Origin: Thalassobaculaceae bacterium
Lineage (GTDB): Bacteria > Pseudomonadota > Alphaproteobacteria > Thalassobaculales > Thalassobaculaceae
Direction of reading: 5' to 3'
DNA: 64,000 nt
Assembly: GCA_965228875.1 (NCBI GenBank)
Contig: OZ245843.1
Coordinates: forward strand, 1,160,616 to 1,224,615
Position numbers and translations under genes: made by a program. Below are positions 34,501 through 44,116 of the stretch, piece by piece. Under the pieces are notes generated by a model. It did not search any database. It saw only the letters and a list, made by a program, of their open reading frames with translations, and was not told where the DNA came from. The stretch's first letter is position 1, and each line of letters starts with the position of its first letter.

Positions 34501-35190
34501 TCAGGCGTATGTGACCAGCAGCACCGCGGCGACGGCGAGCGCCACCCAGCTCAGCGCGGCGCCCCAGTGAAGACTGTCGTAGACGTTCTCTGCCGGGACC
34601 CCGAGGCGCTTCATCTCTTCGCTGCGCGGGTCGGTTGCTTGTGCGGTCGCTTGTGCCATGGCGGGTTCCTCCTGTTTCTCTGTGGCCGCAGGCGCAGCCG
34701 GTTTCTCGCCCTCGGTCGCGGTCGGGGCAGCCCCGCCGGCGGCGCGTTCGGACGCGATCTTGGTGAAGGTCTCGAAGAAGTCGTTGGCGTATTTCTTGGC
34801 CGTGGAATCGATCAGCCGGCCGCCGATCTGGGCCAGCTTGCCGCCGACGCTCGCATTCACCTCGTACTTGAGGATCGTCGCGGCACCGCCATCGGTTTCC
34901 TCGAGCTCGACCTTGGCGCCACCCTTGGCGAAGCCGGCCGCACCGCCCTTGCCCTCGCCGGCGATCGTGTAGCTGACGGGCGGATTGAGGTCCTTGAGCT
35001 CGACCGCGCCCGAGAACCGGGCCTTCACCGGGCCTACCTTGGCGGCGACCTTGGCGGAGAACCCGTTGTCGCCGGTCTTCTCGATCTCCTCGCATCCGGG
35101 GATGCAGGCCTTGAGCACTTCCGGATCGTTCAGCGCCTCCCATACCGTCTCGCGGGGGGCGGGAATGGTCTGCTGGCCGGTCATGTCCAT
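34501..35190 (-). CDS. coxG: CoxG (SRPBCC) accessory protein with C-terminal membrane anchor
   Basis: [35 protein letters not shown]. Confidence 0.9.
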   Translation of the reverse strand: MDMTGQQTIPAPRETVWEALNDPEVLKACIPGCEEIEKTGDNGFSAKVAAKVGPVKARFSGAVELKDLNPPVSYTIAGEGKGGAAGFAKGGAKVELEETDGGAATILKYEVNASVGGKLAQIGGRLIDSTAKKYANDFFETFTKIASERAAGGAAPTATEGEKPAAPAATEKQEEPAMAQATAQATDPRSEEMKRLGVPAENVYDSLHWGAALSWVALAVAAVLLVTYA

Positions 35191-35392
35191 CGGGACGCTC
35201 TCCTGGGTCGGCGGAAATCGCGCATGTTCGTTTGCGCCATGGCTCTATCATGATTGCGCGCGCGTTGTCACCGATGCGCCGCCGTCCCCGGCGGTATCGC
35301 CCCGGCTTCCCGGACACGTTGGACAGGGGTTTGGGCTCGGGCGTGCGTTGAGTCATACTCAGCGCCGTGCGGAACCCTGCCAGACTCACGAG

Positions 35393-35433
35393 CAGGGCGG
35401 TCATGCAGAACGGTGGTACCGGTCGTGCCGCCG
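35393..35433 (+). ncRNA. Candidate nhaA-I-like cis-regulatory RNA
   Basis: GGGCG-[weak stem]-GGUCGUGCCGCC just before the RBS of a cation antiporter; matches consensus only as recalled. Confidence 0.4.
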
Positions 35434-35453
35434 AGCGATGGAGAGGGGACCCC

Positions 35454-36911
35454 ATGACCTTGACGGGCTGGAGCGCGGCGCGGCGTCTGACCACCAGACT
35501 TCTGGTATCCGGGGTGCTGACGGTTGCCGCGGCGGGCAGCGCGGCCGCCGCGGGCGAGGGGGCGCCGCACCTGGACGGCGCGCTGATGGGGCTCGTCTGG
35601 GTGGTTCCGTTCGCCGGGATCCTGCTGTCGATCGCCATCTTCCCGCTGGTGGCGGCCGAGTTCTGGCACCACCATTTCGGCAAGATCTCGGCGTTCTGGG
35701 CTCTCTCTCTGCTGATCCCGTTCGCGATCGTCTTCGGGCTCGAACTGATGATCTACGAGATCGTGCATGTCGGGCTGCTGGAATACATTCCGTTCATTAT
35801 CCTGCTGCTGTCGTTGTTCACCGTGGCCGGGGGCGTGCGCGTGACCGGAACGTTGCGCGGCACGCCGGAGGTCAACACCGCCATTCTGCTGCTGGGAACC
35901 CTGATCGCCAGTTGGATGGGCACCACCGGCGCGGCGATGCTGCTGATACGGCCGATCCTCAACGCCAACGAAAACCGCCGGCACAAGGTGCACGTGGTGG
36001 TGTTCTTCATCTTTCTGGTGGCCAACATCGGCGGCTCGCTTACGCCGCTCGGGGATCCACCGCTCTTTCTCGGGTTCCTGAAGGGGGTCTCTTTCTTCTG
36101 GCCGACCACCCACATGCTGGCGCCGATGGCGCTGCTTTCGGTGATGCTTCTGGTGCTGTTCTACGGCGTCGACCGCTACCTCTGGGCCCGGGAGGATGAG
36201 GAGGTTCGGGCCGCGGCCGGCGGCGAGGGCCAGAAGATCGGCCTGGAGGGCAAGATCAACATCCTGCTGCTGGCCGGCGTGGTCGGCGCCGTCCTGCTGT
36301 CCGGCGTGTGGAAGCCCGGCATCAGCATCGTCATCTATCACGTGCCCTGGGAGCTGCAGAACATCATCCGCGACGCGCTCCTGCTCGGCATCGCCTACGT
36401 CTCTTGGATGGTCACCAGCCGGGAGAGCCGGCACGCCAACGGCTTCAGCTGGTTCCCGATTCTCGAGGTGGCGAAACTGTTCGCCGGCATTTTCCTCACC
36501 ATCATTCCGGCGATCGCCATTCTGAAGGCCGGCACGGACGGCGCGTTGAGCCAGGTGATCGCCGCGGTCTCCACCGATACCGGCGAGCCGGTGGACATGG
36601 CCTATTTCTGGCTGACGGGCATTCTCTCCTCGTTCCTCGACAACGCCCCGACCTATCTGGTGTTCTTCAACACGGCCGGCGGCGACGCCCAGGAGTTGAT
36701 GGGGCCGATGGCGAGCACCCTGCTGGCGATCTCGGCCGGGGCGGTGTTCATGGGGGCGAACACCTACATCGGCAACGCGCCCAACTTCATGGTCAAGGCG
36801 ATCGCCGAAGAGCGTGGCATCCCGATGCCGAGCTTCTTCGGCTACATGATCTGGTCCGGCCTGATCCTGACGCCGATGTTCGTGCTCATCGGGTTCCTGT
36901 TCTTCGGCTGA
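35454..36911 (+). CDS. Putative sodium:proton antiporter (IT superfamily, CitMHS-like)
   Basis: Multi-TM; ANIGGSLTPLGDPPL, SSFLDNAPTY, YIGNAPNF; GAGAGGGG RBS before ATG 35454. Confidence 0.85.
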   Translation: MTLTGWSAARRLTTRLLVSGVLTVAAAGSAAAAGEGAPHLDGALMGLVWVVPFAGILLSIAIFPLVAAEFWHHHFGKISAFWALSLLIPFAIVFGLELMIYEIVHVGLLEYIPFIILLLSLFTVAGGVRVTGTLRGTPEVNTAILLLGTLIASWMGTTGAAMLLIRPILNANENRRHKVHVVVFFIFLVANIGGSLTPLGDPPLFLGFLKGVSFFWPTTHMLAPMALLSVMLLVLFYGVDRYLWAREDEEVRAAAGGEGQKIGLEGKINILLLAGVVGAVLLSGVWKPGISIVIYHVPWELQNIIRDALLLGIAYVSWMVTSRESRHANGFSWFPILEVAKLFAGIFLTIIPAIAILKAGTDGALSQVIAAVSTDTGEPVDMAYFWLTGILSSFLDNAPTYLVFFNTAGGDAQELMGPMASTLLAISAGAVFMGANTYIGNAPNFMVKAIAEERGIPMPSFFGYMIWSGLILTPMFVLIGFLFFG

Positions 36912-36931
36912 GGGCGCTCGGGACGGCGCGT

Positions 36932-37558
36932 TCAGGTAGACGTCAAGAGCGCCGTCGAAAGCGCCGTGGTCTCGCCTTCGCGGATGACGGCCGGGTCGTA
37001 GGCCCTGCGGGCGAAGACCTCTCGCACCATCGGTTCGAAATGCTCCAGCGGCCGGCTCTGATAGTCGGGGTCGAAGGAGGCCTGGTCCCAGCGCTCGCAG
37101 AACGCGGCGCAGAGGTCGAAGCAGGGGTGATCGCGGAAGCGGTCCCGGGCGTTGCGGTCCCAGCCGTAGTGATGGCCGTAGTAGAGCATCTGGAAGATGC
37201 CGTGATGCTCGACCACCCAGCTCACGTCCCAGCGCACGAACGGCCGGATCACCTCCGCCGCCATGCGATCGTGGTTCTGCGGCGCGAGGGAATCGCCGAT
37301 GTCGTGCAGCAGGGCGCCGACGATCCAGTCGAGATCCGCACCGTCCGCCTCGGCCCGGGTGGCCGACTGCAGCCCATGCTCCAACCGGGTGATGCGATAG
37401 CCCTCCAGCGTCTCCCGACCCTGGCGGCGGAGTTCGGCAAGCAGACGGTCTGCGGTCCGGACCTGATAGGCGCGTTCGTGCTCGGCGAGGAGCATGTAGT
37501 CCTCGCGGGTGCCGTCCTTCATCTGCGTGAAGGACACGGTCCGGGCGCTGTCGCTCAT
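36932..37558 (-). CDS. HD-domain metalloprotein (PhnZ-like ligand set)
   Basis: LEHGLQSA, LLHDIG, NHD, EHH, WDQ. Confidence 0.8.
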   Translation of the reverse strand: MSDSARTVSFTQMKDGTREDYMLLAEHERAYQVRTADRLLAELRRQGRETLEGYRITRLEHGLQSATRAEADGADLDWIVGALLHDIGDSLAPQNHDRMAAEVIRPFVRWDVSWVVEHHGIFQMLYYGHHYGWDRNARDRFRDHPCFDLCAAFCERWDQASFDPDYQSRPLEHFEPMVREVFARRAYDPAVIREGETTALSTALLTST

Positions 37559-37600
37559 AAACGGGGTCTCCTCGGAACCGTGCCGCCGGCCCGTGGGCGT

Positions 37601-38437
37601 TCAGTGCGACATCAAAACCGGCCTGTCGAGGTGATGGAGCATGTACTCGGACACGCCCCCCATGAGTAGTTCGCGCCAGCGCGCCCTGCTGTAGGCGCCC
37701 ATGACCAGCAGGTCGCAGTCGAACGCCGCAGCGCGGGCGAGCAACTGTTCGCCGACATTGCCGCCGGAATCGATATCGGTGTGGACCGTAGCCTTCACGC
37801 CATGCAGCGACAGGTATCGGCCGATTCCGACGCCCTTGAGCATCCGGGCCTCCTCCTGCTCGGTGAAGACATGGACCTCGTCGGCCTCCAGCAGGAACGG
37901 CATGCTCTCGCGCACCGCCCGGATGGCCTCCTTGCAGTTGCGCCAGGCCACAGCCACCTGACGGCCGACCTTGCGGCCAGGGGACCAGAAGATCTCCTCG
38001 TGGGGCAGAACCAGAGTCGCGCATCCTGCTTCGAGTGCCACCTCCTCGGGATGGTGCAGGGCGATGCTGCTGGTCACGCCCTTCGGCGGCGCCTGCGAGA
38101 CGACGACCAGATCGCTGAGGTTGGCGTGCTCCGCCAGATGCTCCACGTGATCGCCCTCGGTGAGGTGATACTCGTGGCTGCAATCGGCCTTCGAGAACCG
38201 GTCGACCAGTTCCTGGCGGATGTCCTCGGCCCGTTTCTTCGCGACGTCACGCTGTTCGGCAAGATAGGCGTTGGACGCCGCACGGCCTGCGGCACCGGCC
38301 GGCATGCTGACCGGGGCGGTGTTGTACAGCACGTCCAGGTGTCCGGAGAACCGGACCGTAAGCTCGATCGCGAGTTCCAGACGGTCGCGGTGGCGAACGT
38401 CGTTCGCCATGTGGCAGAGGATCGACTTGATGGCCAT
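37601..38437 (-). CDS. Tandem universal stress protein
   Basis: SDLVVV, DLLVMGAYSR..LMGGVS..PVLMSH. Confidence 0.92.
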   Translation of the reverse strand: MAIKSILCHMANDVRHRDRLELAIELTVRFSGHLDVLYNTAPVSMPAGAAGRAASNAYLAEQRDVAKKRAEDIRQELVDRFSKADCSHEYHLTEGDHVEHLAEHANLSDLVVVSQAPPKGVTSSIALHHPEEVALEAGCATLVLPHEEIFWSPGRKVGRQVAVAWRNCKEAIRAVRESMPFLLEADEVHVFTEQEEARMLKGVGIGRYLSLHGVKATVHTDIDSGGNVGEQLLARAAAFDCDLLVMGAYSRARWRELLMGGVSEYMLHHLDRPVLMSH

Positions 38438-38675
38438 CGTGCCGTCTCCGGTTCAGGTGGTGCGAACAGGTCTGACGAAACCCTAGCGGCCGCGCTGGGG
38501 TGAGGCAATGCGGCTGACCCGCGCCGCCGGTCGATCCGGTCGCAGCTTCCGGCGGTCACGGATCGGCGATCCACCTCGATTGTCTCGGGGACACCCGATC
38601 GCCGCAAAAGCCTTTGCGGAAATAGGTATGGAATACTGACCTAAAAAAGGACAGAACTCCTGTCGTAACAATATT

Positions 38676-39575
38676 ATGTCTCACGGGAGGATTCTCATGA
38701 ACGGTGTGTTCTACTACGAAGGCGAATGGCGAAACGAACCGCCGATGGTGTCGGGTCCGACGGACCTCGGGTTCTGGTCCGGCAATTCCGTGTTCGACGG
38801 TGCCCGGGCCATCGCCGGTTGCGCGCCGGACCTCGACCGGCATTGTGCCCGGCTGGTGCGTTCGGCGGCGGCGATCGGGCTGACCTGTCCGGTCACGTCC
38901 GAGGAGGTGCTGCGTCTCTGCATCGAGGGGTTGGAGATGCTGCCGGCGGATCGGGACTACTACATCCGGCCGATGGTGTTCTGCCGAGGCGGCACGATCC
39001 TGCCGGAGACCGGGGAGAGCCTGTTCACCCTGGCGATCTTCGAGATGGCAATGCCGGAGGCCAATGCCGGTCGGGCCACCCTGTCGCCGTTCCGACGACC
39101 GGCCCCCGACCAGGCGCCGACCGACAGCAAGGCCGGGTGCCTTTATCCGAACTCCCAGCGCGCCCGCCGGGAGGCCATGGAACGTGGGTTCAGTCTCGCG
39201 GTCATGGGCGACCACGCGGGCAACGTGGCGGAGTTCAGCCACGCCAACCTCTGGCTGGCCAAGGATGGGGTGGCGGTGACGCCGAGGCCCAACGGGACCT
39301 TTCTCGACGGCATCACCAAGAACCGGGTGATCGACCTGCTCCGCGCCGAAGGGATCGCCGTCGACCACCGGACGGTGACGACGGCGGATCTGGATGCCGC
39401 CGACGAGATCTTCATGACCGGCAATGCCGGAAAGGTGCAGACGGTCACCGGCTGGGAGGGGCGGGAGCTTCAGCCCGGGCCGATCTTCCGCACCGCCCAC
39501 GCGCTGTACGCGGCCCACATCGAAGCGAGCCGCGTCCCGAGCGCCGGCAGCCGCTATCGCAAGGCCGTCGCGTAG
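38676..39575 (+). CDS. Class IV (branched-chain-type) aminotransferase
   Basis: VFDGAR, YIRP, SKAGCLY (PLP Lys), FLDGIT, ADEIF. Confidence 0.9.
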   Translation: MSHGRILMNGVFYYEGEWRNEPPMVSGPTDLGFWSGNSVFDGARAIAGCAPDLDRHCARLVRSAAAIGLTCPVTSEEVLRLCIEGLEMLPADRDYYIRPMVFCRGGTILPETGESLFTLAIFEMAMPEANAGRATLSPFRRPAPDQAPTDSKAGCLYPNSQRARREAMERGFSLAVMGDHAGNVAEFSHANLWLAKDGVAVTPRPNGTFLDGITKNRVIDLLRAEGIAVDHRTVTTADLDAADEIFMTGNAGKVQTVTGWEGRELQPGPIFRTAHALYAAHIEASRVPSAGSRYRKAVA

Positions 39576-40486
39576 GTCTCGACCGGCGGAACGGTCTCGA
39601 CCAGCCCCGCCGCCTTCATGAAGTCCGCGAACCTTTCGTAGCGGCCGATATCGAGGGCGGCGGGCCGCAGGGCGAACCGGGGCAGGGTGTCCCGCCAGGC
39701 GCGGCGGTTGAGCTCGTCGTCCAGGTCCGGGTTCAACTCGATGAACCTGGCCCAGGACTCGTCGGGGTGGTTGACCAGGTACTGGGTGCCGATCTCGACG
39801 GCGTTCAGGAACCGCTTGAGGCGCGGATCGCCGACCAGGTCGCGGTTGGTGAGGTAGATGAGCTCGTCATAGGGCGGCACACCGTGCTCCTCGACGTAGA
39901 AGGCGCGCCCCGGCCGGCCGACGATGTCCATCTGGTTGAGCTCGAAATTCCGGTAGGCGCCGATCACCGCGTCGACCTGGCCGGCGATGAGCGACGGCGA
40001 CAGCGAGAAGTTCACGTTGACCATCTCGACCTCGTCGGTGCCGACCCCGGCCTTCTCGAGAATGGCGCCGAGCACGGCATGCTCGAAGCCACCGACGGAA
40101 AAGCCGATCTTGCGGCCCTTGAGGTCGCTGAGGTCCTCGATCGGGCCGTCGGCCAGGACCACCAGCGTGTTGAGCGGCGTGGCGACCAGGGTCCCGAAGC
40201 GCACCAGCGGCAGTCCCGCGGCCGCCTGGAGATGCAGCTGCGGCTGGTAGGAGATCGCGATCTCCGCCTTGCCGGCGGCGACCAGCTTCGGCGGGTCGTT
40301 CGGATCGGCGGGGGCGATCATCTCGACCTCCAGGCCTTCGGCTTCGTAGGCGCCGATGGCCTTGGCGACGTAGAGGGGGGCGTGGTCCGGATTGACGAAC
40401 CAGTCGAGCAGGATCGTCAGTTTCTCGGCCGCCCGCGCCGGCGAGGCCAGCGACAGGACGAGCAGGGTGGCGAGGATCAGGCGCAT
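39554..40486 (-). CDS. thiY: NMT1/THI5-like ABC substrate-binding protein (thiamine precursor)
   Basis: Signal peptide, LDWFVNPDH, ISYQP, GAYRNFE; TPP riboswitch upstream. Confidence 0.88.
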   Translation of the reverse strand: MRLILATLLVLSLASPARAAEKLTILLDWFVNPDHAPLYVAKAIGAYEAEGLEVEMIAPADPNDPPKLVAAGKAEIAISYQPQLHLQAAAGLPLVRFGTLVATPLNTLVVLADGPIEDLSDLKGRKIGFSVGGFEHAVLGAILEKAGVGTDEVEMVNVNFSLSPSLIAGQVDAVIGAYRNFELNQMDIVGRPGRAFYVEEHGVPPYDELIYLTNRDLVGDPRLKRFLNAVEIGTQYLVNHPDESWARFIELNPDLDDELNRRAWRDTLPRFALRPAALDIGRYERFADFMKAAGLVETVPPVETYATALR

Positions 40487-40507
40487 GCGTATGTCTCCGG
40501 TTGGGGG

Positions 40508-41299
40508 TCAGGAATCGGCCTCGCCGGGCTGCCAGGCCACGGCGCGGCGGAGGATCGCGTCGACGGCGGCATAAAGCGCCACCGCCAGGACGGCGAGGGT
40601 GAGGAGGGCGGCGAACATGAGGTCGATCTGCAGGCGGGCATTGGCGTGCAGCATCAGGTAGCCGAGGCCGGCGGAGGATCCGACCCACTCGCCGACCACA
40701 GCGCCGATCGGCGCGACGGCGGTGGCCACCCTGAGGCCCGACGCGAACGCCGGCAGCGCCGCCGGCAAGCGTACCCGACGGAACAGTCGGGCACCGGAGC
40801 AGCCGAGCGAGCGAGCGGCGTCGAGCCAGAGCGGATCGACCCGGCGCAGGCCGTCATACAGGGCGGCCGTGACCGGGAAGAAGATGATGAGGGCGGCCAT
40901 CGCCACCTTGCTGGCGATGCCGTAACCCAGCCACAGGACCAGGATCGGGGCGAGCGCGAACACCGGAATTGCCTGGCTGATGACCAGGATCGGCAGCAGC
41001 CAGGGCCGCAGTCGGCGCCATTCCGAGAGCATGACCGCGGTCGCCAGGCCAACCAGCACGCCGATCGCCAAGCCAAGCACGATCTCCAGCACGGTGATGG
41101 AGGCGTGGTGCAGGATGATGTTGGAACGCCTGACCCAGGTGACCGCGACCTCGGCCGGACCCGGAAGAATGAAGGCCGGCACGCCGCTCGCCCAGACGAG
41201 GATCTGCCAGGCGGCGACAAGCCCCGCGGCGATCAGCAAAGGTCGCAGACGATTGAGGAAGGCGGGTCCGGACGGACAGGCGGGCGCGCTGGCGCGCAT
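40508..41299 (-). CDS. thiX: ABC permease (thiamine precursor)
   Basis: ILPGP, IIFFPV, EAA-like loop, GAVVGEW..GLG; AAGGAGG RBS. Confidence 0.88.
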   Translation of the reverse strand: MRASAPACPSGPAFLNRLRPLLIAAGLVAAWQILVWASGVPAFILPGPAEVAVTWVRRSNIILHHASITVLEIVLGLAIGVLVGLATAVMLSEWRRLRPWLLPILVISQAIPVFALAPILVLWLGYGIASKVAMAALIIFFPVTAALYDGLRRVDPLWLDAARSLGCSGARLFRRVRLPAALPAFASGLRVATAVAPIGAVVGEWVGSSAGLGYLMLHANARLQIDLMFAALLTLAVLAVALYAAVDAILRRAVAWQPGEADS

Positions 41300-41309
41300 T
41301 CGAGCCTCC

Positions 41310-41400
41310 TTGCTCCCTACGCCGGTACAAACCGGATCAGGTTCCTGGGGTCGTCCGGGATCCGGACCTCTCAGCCGCACATGCGGCTCCCCCGAAGTGG
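41310..41400 (-). ncRNA. TPP riboswitch
   Basis: Minus strand GGGGAGCC..GGCUGAGA..ACCC..GAACCUGAUCCGGUUUGUACCGGCGUAGGGA directly above thiX. Confidence 0.93.
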
Positions 41401-41643
41401 CAGTCGCCACAATGGCCCGTGGCTTCGGCTTTGGCAATCCGTCTTGTGGGGCCGCAGCGCGGGCCGCCGACCTCCGGCGGTCGCGCAGTCGATGCGCGGA
41501 CTGGTTCGGAGCGCGCGCCCTTGGCAAGCCGTGCGACACGCTCCAGATTGCGCGTCATGGAGTCTGCGCCTTCCGAGACCGAAAACCCGATCGTCGACCC
41601 GGCCCTGACGGCGCGGCGGGATCCGACCTGGACGCAGGGGGTC

Positions 41644-42777
41644 ATGGCTGCCCCGCCACCCGCGTTTCCCCGCCGACCCATCCTGATCGCCAACGAGATC
41701 TACCGCCATTCGGTCTACGGCCAGCGCCACCCGCTGTCGATCCAGCGGGTCACCCCAGTGCTCGACATCGCCCACGCGCTCGGTTGGCTCGCCAGCGACC
41801 AATATCTCGACTGCTGTCAGGCGGGGCCGGAGCAGCTGTCCCGGTTTCACGACACCGATTACATCGCGGCTGTGGTCGAAGCCGAACGCACCCGCCACGT
41901 GCCGGAACACGTCCGCGACCGCTACAATATCGGCCGCAACGGCAATCCGGTTTTCGCCGAGATCTTCCGCCGGCCGGCCACGTCGTCCGGCGCCTCCATC
42001 CTGGCCGGCAGCCTGCTGGCTGGCGTCGAGCGTGGCGTGATCCATTCCCTGGCCGGCGGCACCCATCACGGGCGACGCGCCATGGCCTGGGGATTCTGCT
42101 TCTTCAACGATCCGGTTCTCGGCATCCTGGCGATGCTCGACCGTGGCCTCGAGCGGGTCGCCTATGTCGATCTCGACGCCCATCACGGCGACGGGGTGCA
42201 GGACGCGTTCCATCACGACGACCGGGTGCTGACGATCTCGATCCACGAGGACGGGCGCTGGCCGCGAACCGGGGCGGTCGACGACCGGGCCGGCGGTGCG
42301 GCCCGCAATCTGCCGGTGCCCCGCGGCACGAACGACAGCGAGTTCGCGCTCCTGATCGAGCGGGCGGTCGTTCCCCTGGTGGACCGGTTCTTCCCCGACG
42401 CGCTGGTGATCCAGACCGGCGCTGACGGCCTGGCCGACGATCCGCAGGCTAAACTGGAGCTGTCGAACTGGGCGTTGTGGCGCGCGGTCGAGCGGCTGGT
42501 TCCCTGCGCGCCGCGTGTCCTGGTGGTCGGAGGCGGCGGCTACAATCCCTGGTCCGTCGCCCGCGCCTGGACCGGGATCTGGGCGGTGCTGAACGGGATC
42601 GATCCGGACGTTCCGACGCAGGGGGCGGCGGAGGCGGTGTTGCGGGGGCTGGTCTGGAACCACAGCAAAGGCCGCAATCCGCCGGAACACTGGTTCACCA
42701 CGCTCGCCGACCGACCGAATCCCGGACCGGTCCGCGAGGAGATCCATCGCCTTGCGGAGGCCGTGCTGGCGCCATGA
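41644..42777 (+). CDS. Zn-dependent deacetylase (AcuC/HDAC family); alternative start 41557
   Basis: GGTHHG, GFCFFND, DLDAHHGDG, GADG..DP, GGGGY. Confidence 0.92.
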   Translation: MAAPPPAFPRRPILIANEIYRHSVYGQRHPLSIQRVTPVLDIAHALGWLASDQYLDCCQAGPEQLSRFHDTDYIAAVVEAERTRHVPEHVRDRYNIGRNGNPVFAEIFRRPATSSGASILAGSLLAGVERGVIHSLAGGTHHGRRAMAWGFCFFNDPVLGILAMLDRGLERVAYVDLDAHHGDGVQDAFHHDDRVLTISIHEDGRWPRTGAVDDRAGGAARNLPVPRGTNDSEFALLIERAVVPLVDRFFPDALVIQTGADGLADDPQAKLELSNWALWRAVERLVPCAPRVLVVGGGGYNPWSVARAWTGIWAVLNGIDPDVPTQGAAEAVLRGLVWNHSKGRNPPEHWFTTLADRPNPGPVREEIHRLAEAVLAP

Positions 42778-43229
42778 GACTGCTGCTGATCCAGGTATTG
42801 TTGCCGCTTCTTCTGGTCGCCGGAATCGCCCGGGCCGAGGAGCCCGCCCGTGTCCCGCTCGACATTCTGAGCGCAGGCGGTGTCGAGCACCGCTTCGAGG
42901 TCGAGATCGCGGCGACCCCCGAGGAGCGCGGGCGCGGGCTGATGTTCCGCGACGAACTCGCCGCCGACCGCGGCATGCTCTTTATTTTCCCGCGTCGGGA
43001 GCGCGTGGCCATGTGGATGCGGAACACCCGGATTCCGCTGGATATGCTGTTCATCGACGATGACGGTCGGGTGATCCAGATCCACCAGCGCACGGTACCT
43101 TACTCCGAGGCCACCGTCGCATCGCGCAAGCGGGTGCGCTACGTCCTGGAACTCCCCGGCGGCACCGCCGACCGGCTCGGTCTGGCGGTCGGCGACAGGG
43201 TGGTCGGCGCCGCGCTGCCGGCCCGTTAG
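42774..43229 (+). CDS. DUF192 family exported protein
   Basis: RGLMFR, GMLF, MWMRNTRIPLDMLF, VLELPGG; ATGA overlap. Confidence 0.92.
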   Translation: MRLLLIQVLLPLLLVAGIARAEEPARVPLDILSAGGVEHRFEVEIAATPEERGRGLMFRDELAADRGMLFIFPRRERVAMWMRNTRIPLDMLFIDDDGRVIQIHQRTVPYSEATVASRKRVRYVLELPGGTADRLGLAVGDRVVGAALPAR

Positions 43230-43241
43230 AACAAAGCGCGA

Positions 43242-44093
43242 TCAGCTCTGAGTCGACCGATCGCCTTCACTCGTGGCCCGGCTGGTGACGATGGACAGGT
43301 CAACCGAGCCGCTGTCGGGATCGACGCGGGCGCGGGCGATCTCGTAGCCGACATCGAGGATATCGGTCGGAAGATCGTTCCAGGCCATCACCCTGATCTC
43401 CAGCGAATAGCGCGGCCTGTCGAAGGTCGGCGACAGCATCTGTGTCCGATGCAGGAACCGGCCGTCGAAGACGATCGCTCCGCCGGCGGGCAGCCGGGGC
43501 GAGATCAGCTCGATATCGGGCCGGTCGGCGAGCGCCTCGGCGATCTCTTCGTCGTGCATGAGGGTTGCCGCCCGGCTGTCCCGGCTGAGAATCCGATCGG
43601 GATCGTCGAAAGCCGCGGTCAGTCGGCTCCAGAACGTCGATGGTTGTTCCGGGGCGGTCGCGATGGTCAGGCCCGGGGTGCGGTCGTCGACATCGTCGAC
43701 GGCGACCCAGAAGGTCAGCATCCGGTTGTTCAAGCTGGTGAGGATCGCGTCGTAATGCCAGTGCGACGGCATCAGGGCATCGACCGGATCGTAGCGGCGG
43801 AACTGGCAGTACTCGGTGACGATGGCGATATCGTCGCCGAGGGCGGCGCGGGCGAAATCGAAGAACCTGGCCTCGACCAGCGTCCGAAGCAGGGTCAGCC
43901 GGGCTTTCGGACCCTCGCCCTCGCAGATGTCGACGAAGGTCCGCCACCACTTCGACTTCGGGTCGCGAACGGGGCGCCCGGTCAGATCCGGCGGCGGCAG
44001 CGCATGCGCGTAGCGTTGCAGCAGCGCCAGCGCCGGTCCCTGAAACAGGCCTGCGACGACGATCGGACGCTCGAAGGGCGCGCGCAGATCCAT
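43242..44093 (-). CDS. PhyH-like Fe(II)/2-oxoglutarate dioxygenase
   Basis: WHYD (HxD), FWVAVD, GGAIVFD, LHRT, RYSLEIR. Confidence 0.72.
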   Translation of the reverse strand: MDLRAPFERPIVVAGLFQGPALALLQRYAHALPPPDLTGRPVRDPKSKWWRTFVDICEGEGPKARLTLLRTLVEARFFDFARAALGDDIAIVTEYCQFRRYDPVDALMPSHWHYDAILTSLNNRMLTFWVAVDDVDDRTPGLTIATAPEQPSTFWSRLTAAFDDPDRILSRDSRAATLMHDEEIAEALADRPDIELISPRLPAGGAIVFDGRFLHRTQMLSPTFDRPRYSLEIRVMAWNDLPTDILDVGYEIARARVDPDSGSVDLSIVTSRATSEGDRSTQS

Positions 44094-44116
44094 GGTCGAT
44101 TCCTCTCCGCGGAGCC

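Noticed and set aside
41300..41539. Upstream extension of the thiX ORF
   Set aside because: Runs through the TPP riboswitch; RBS supports ATG 41299
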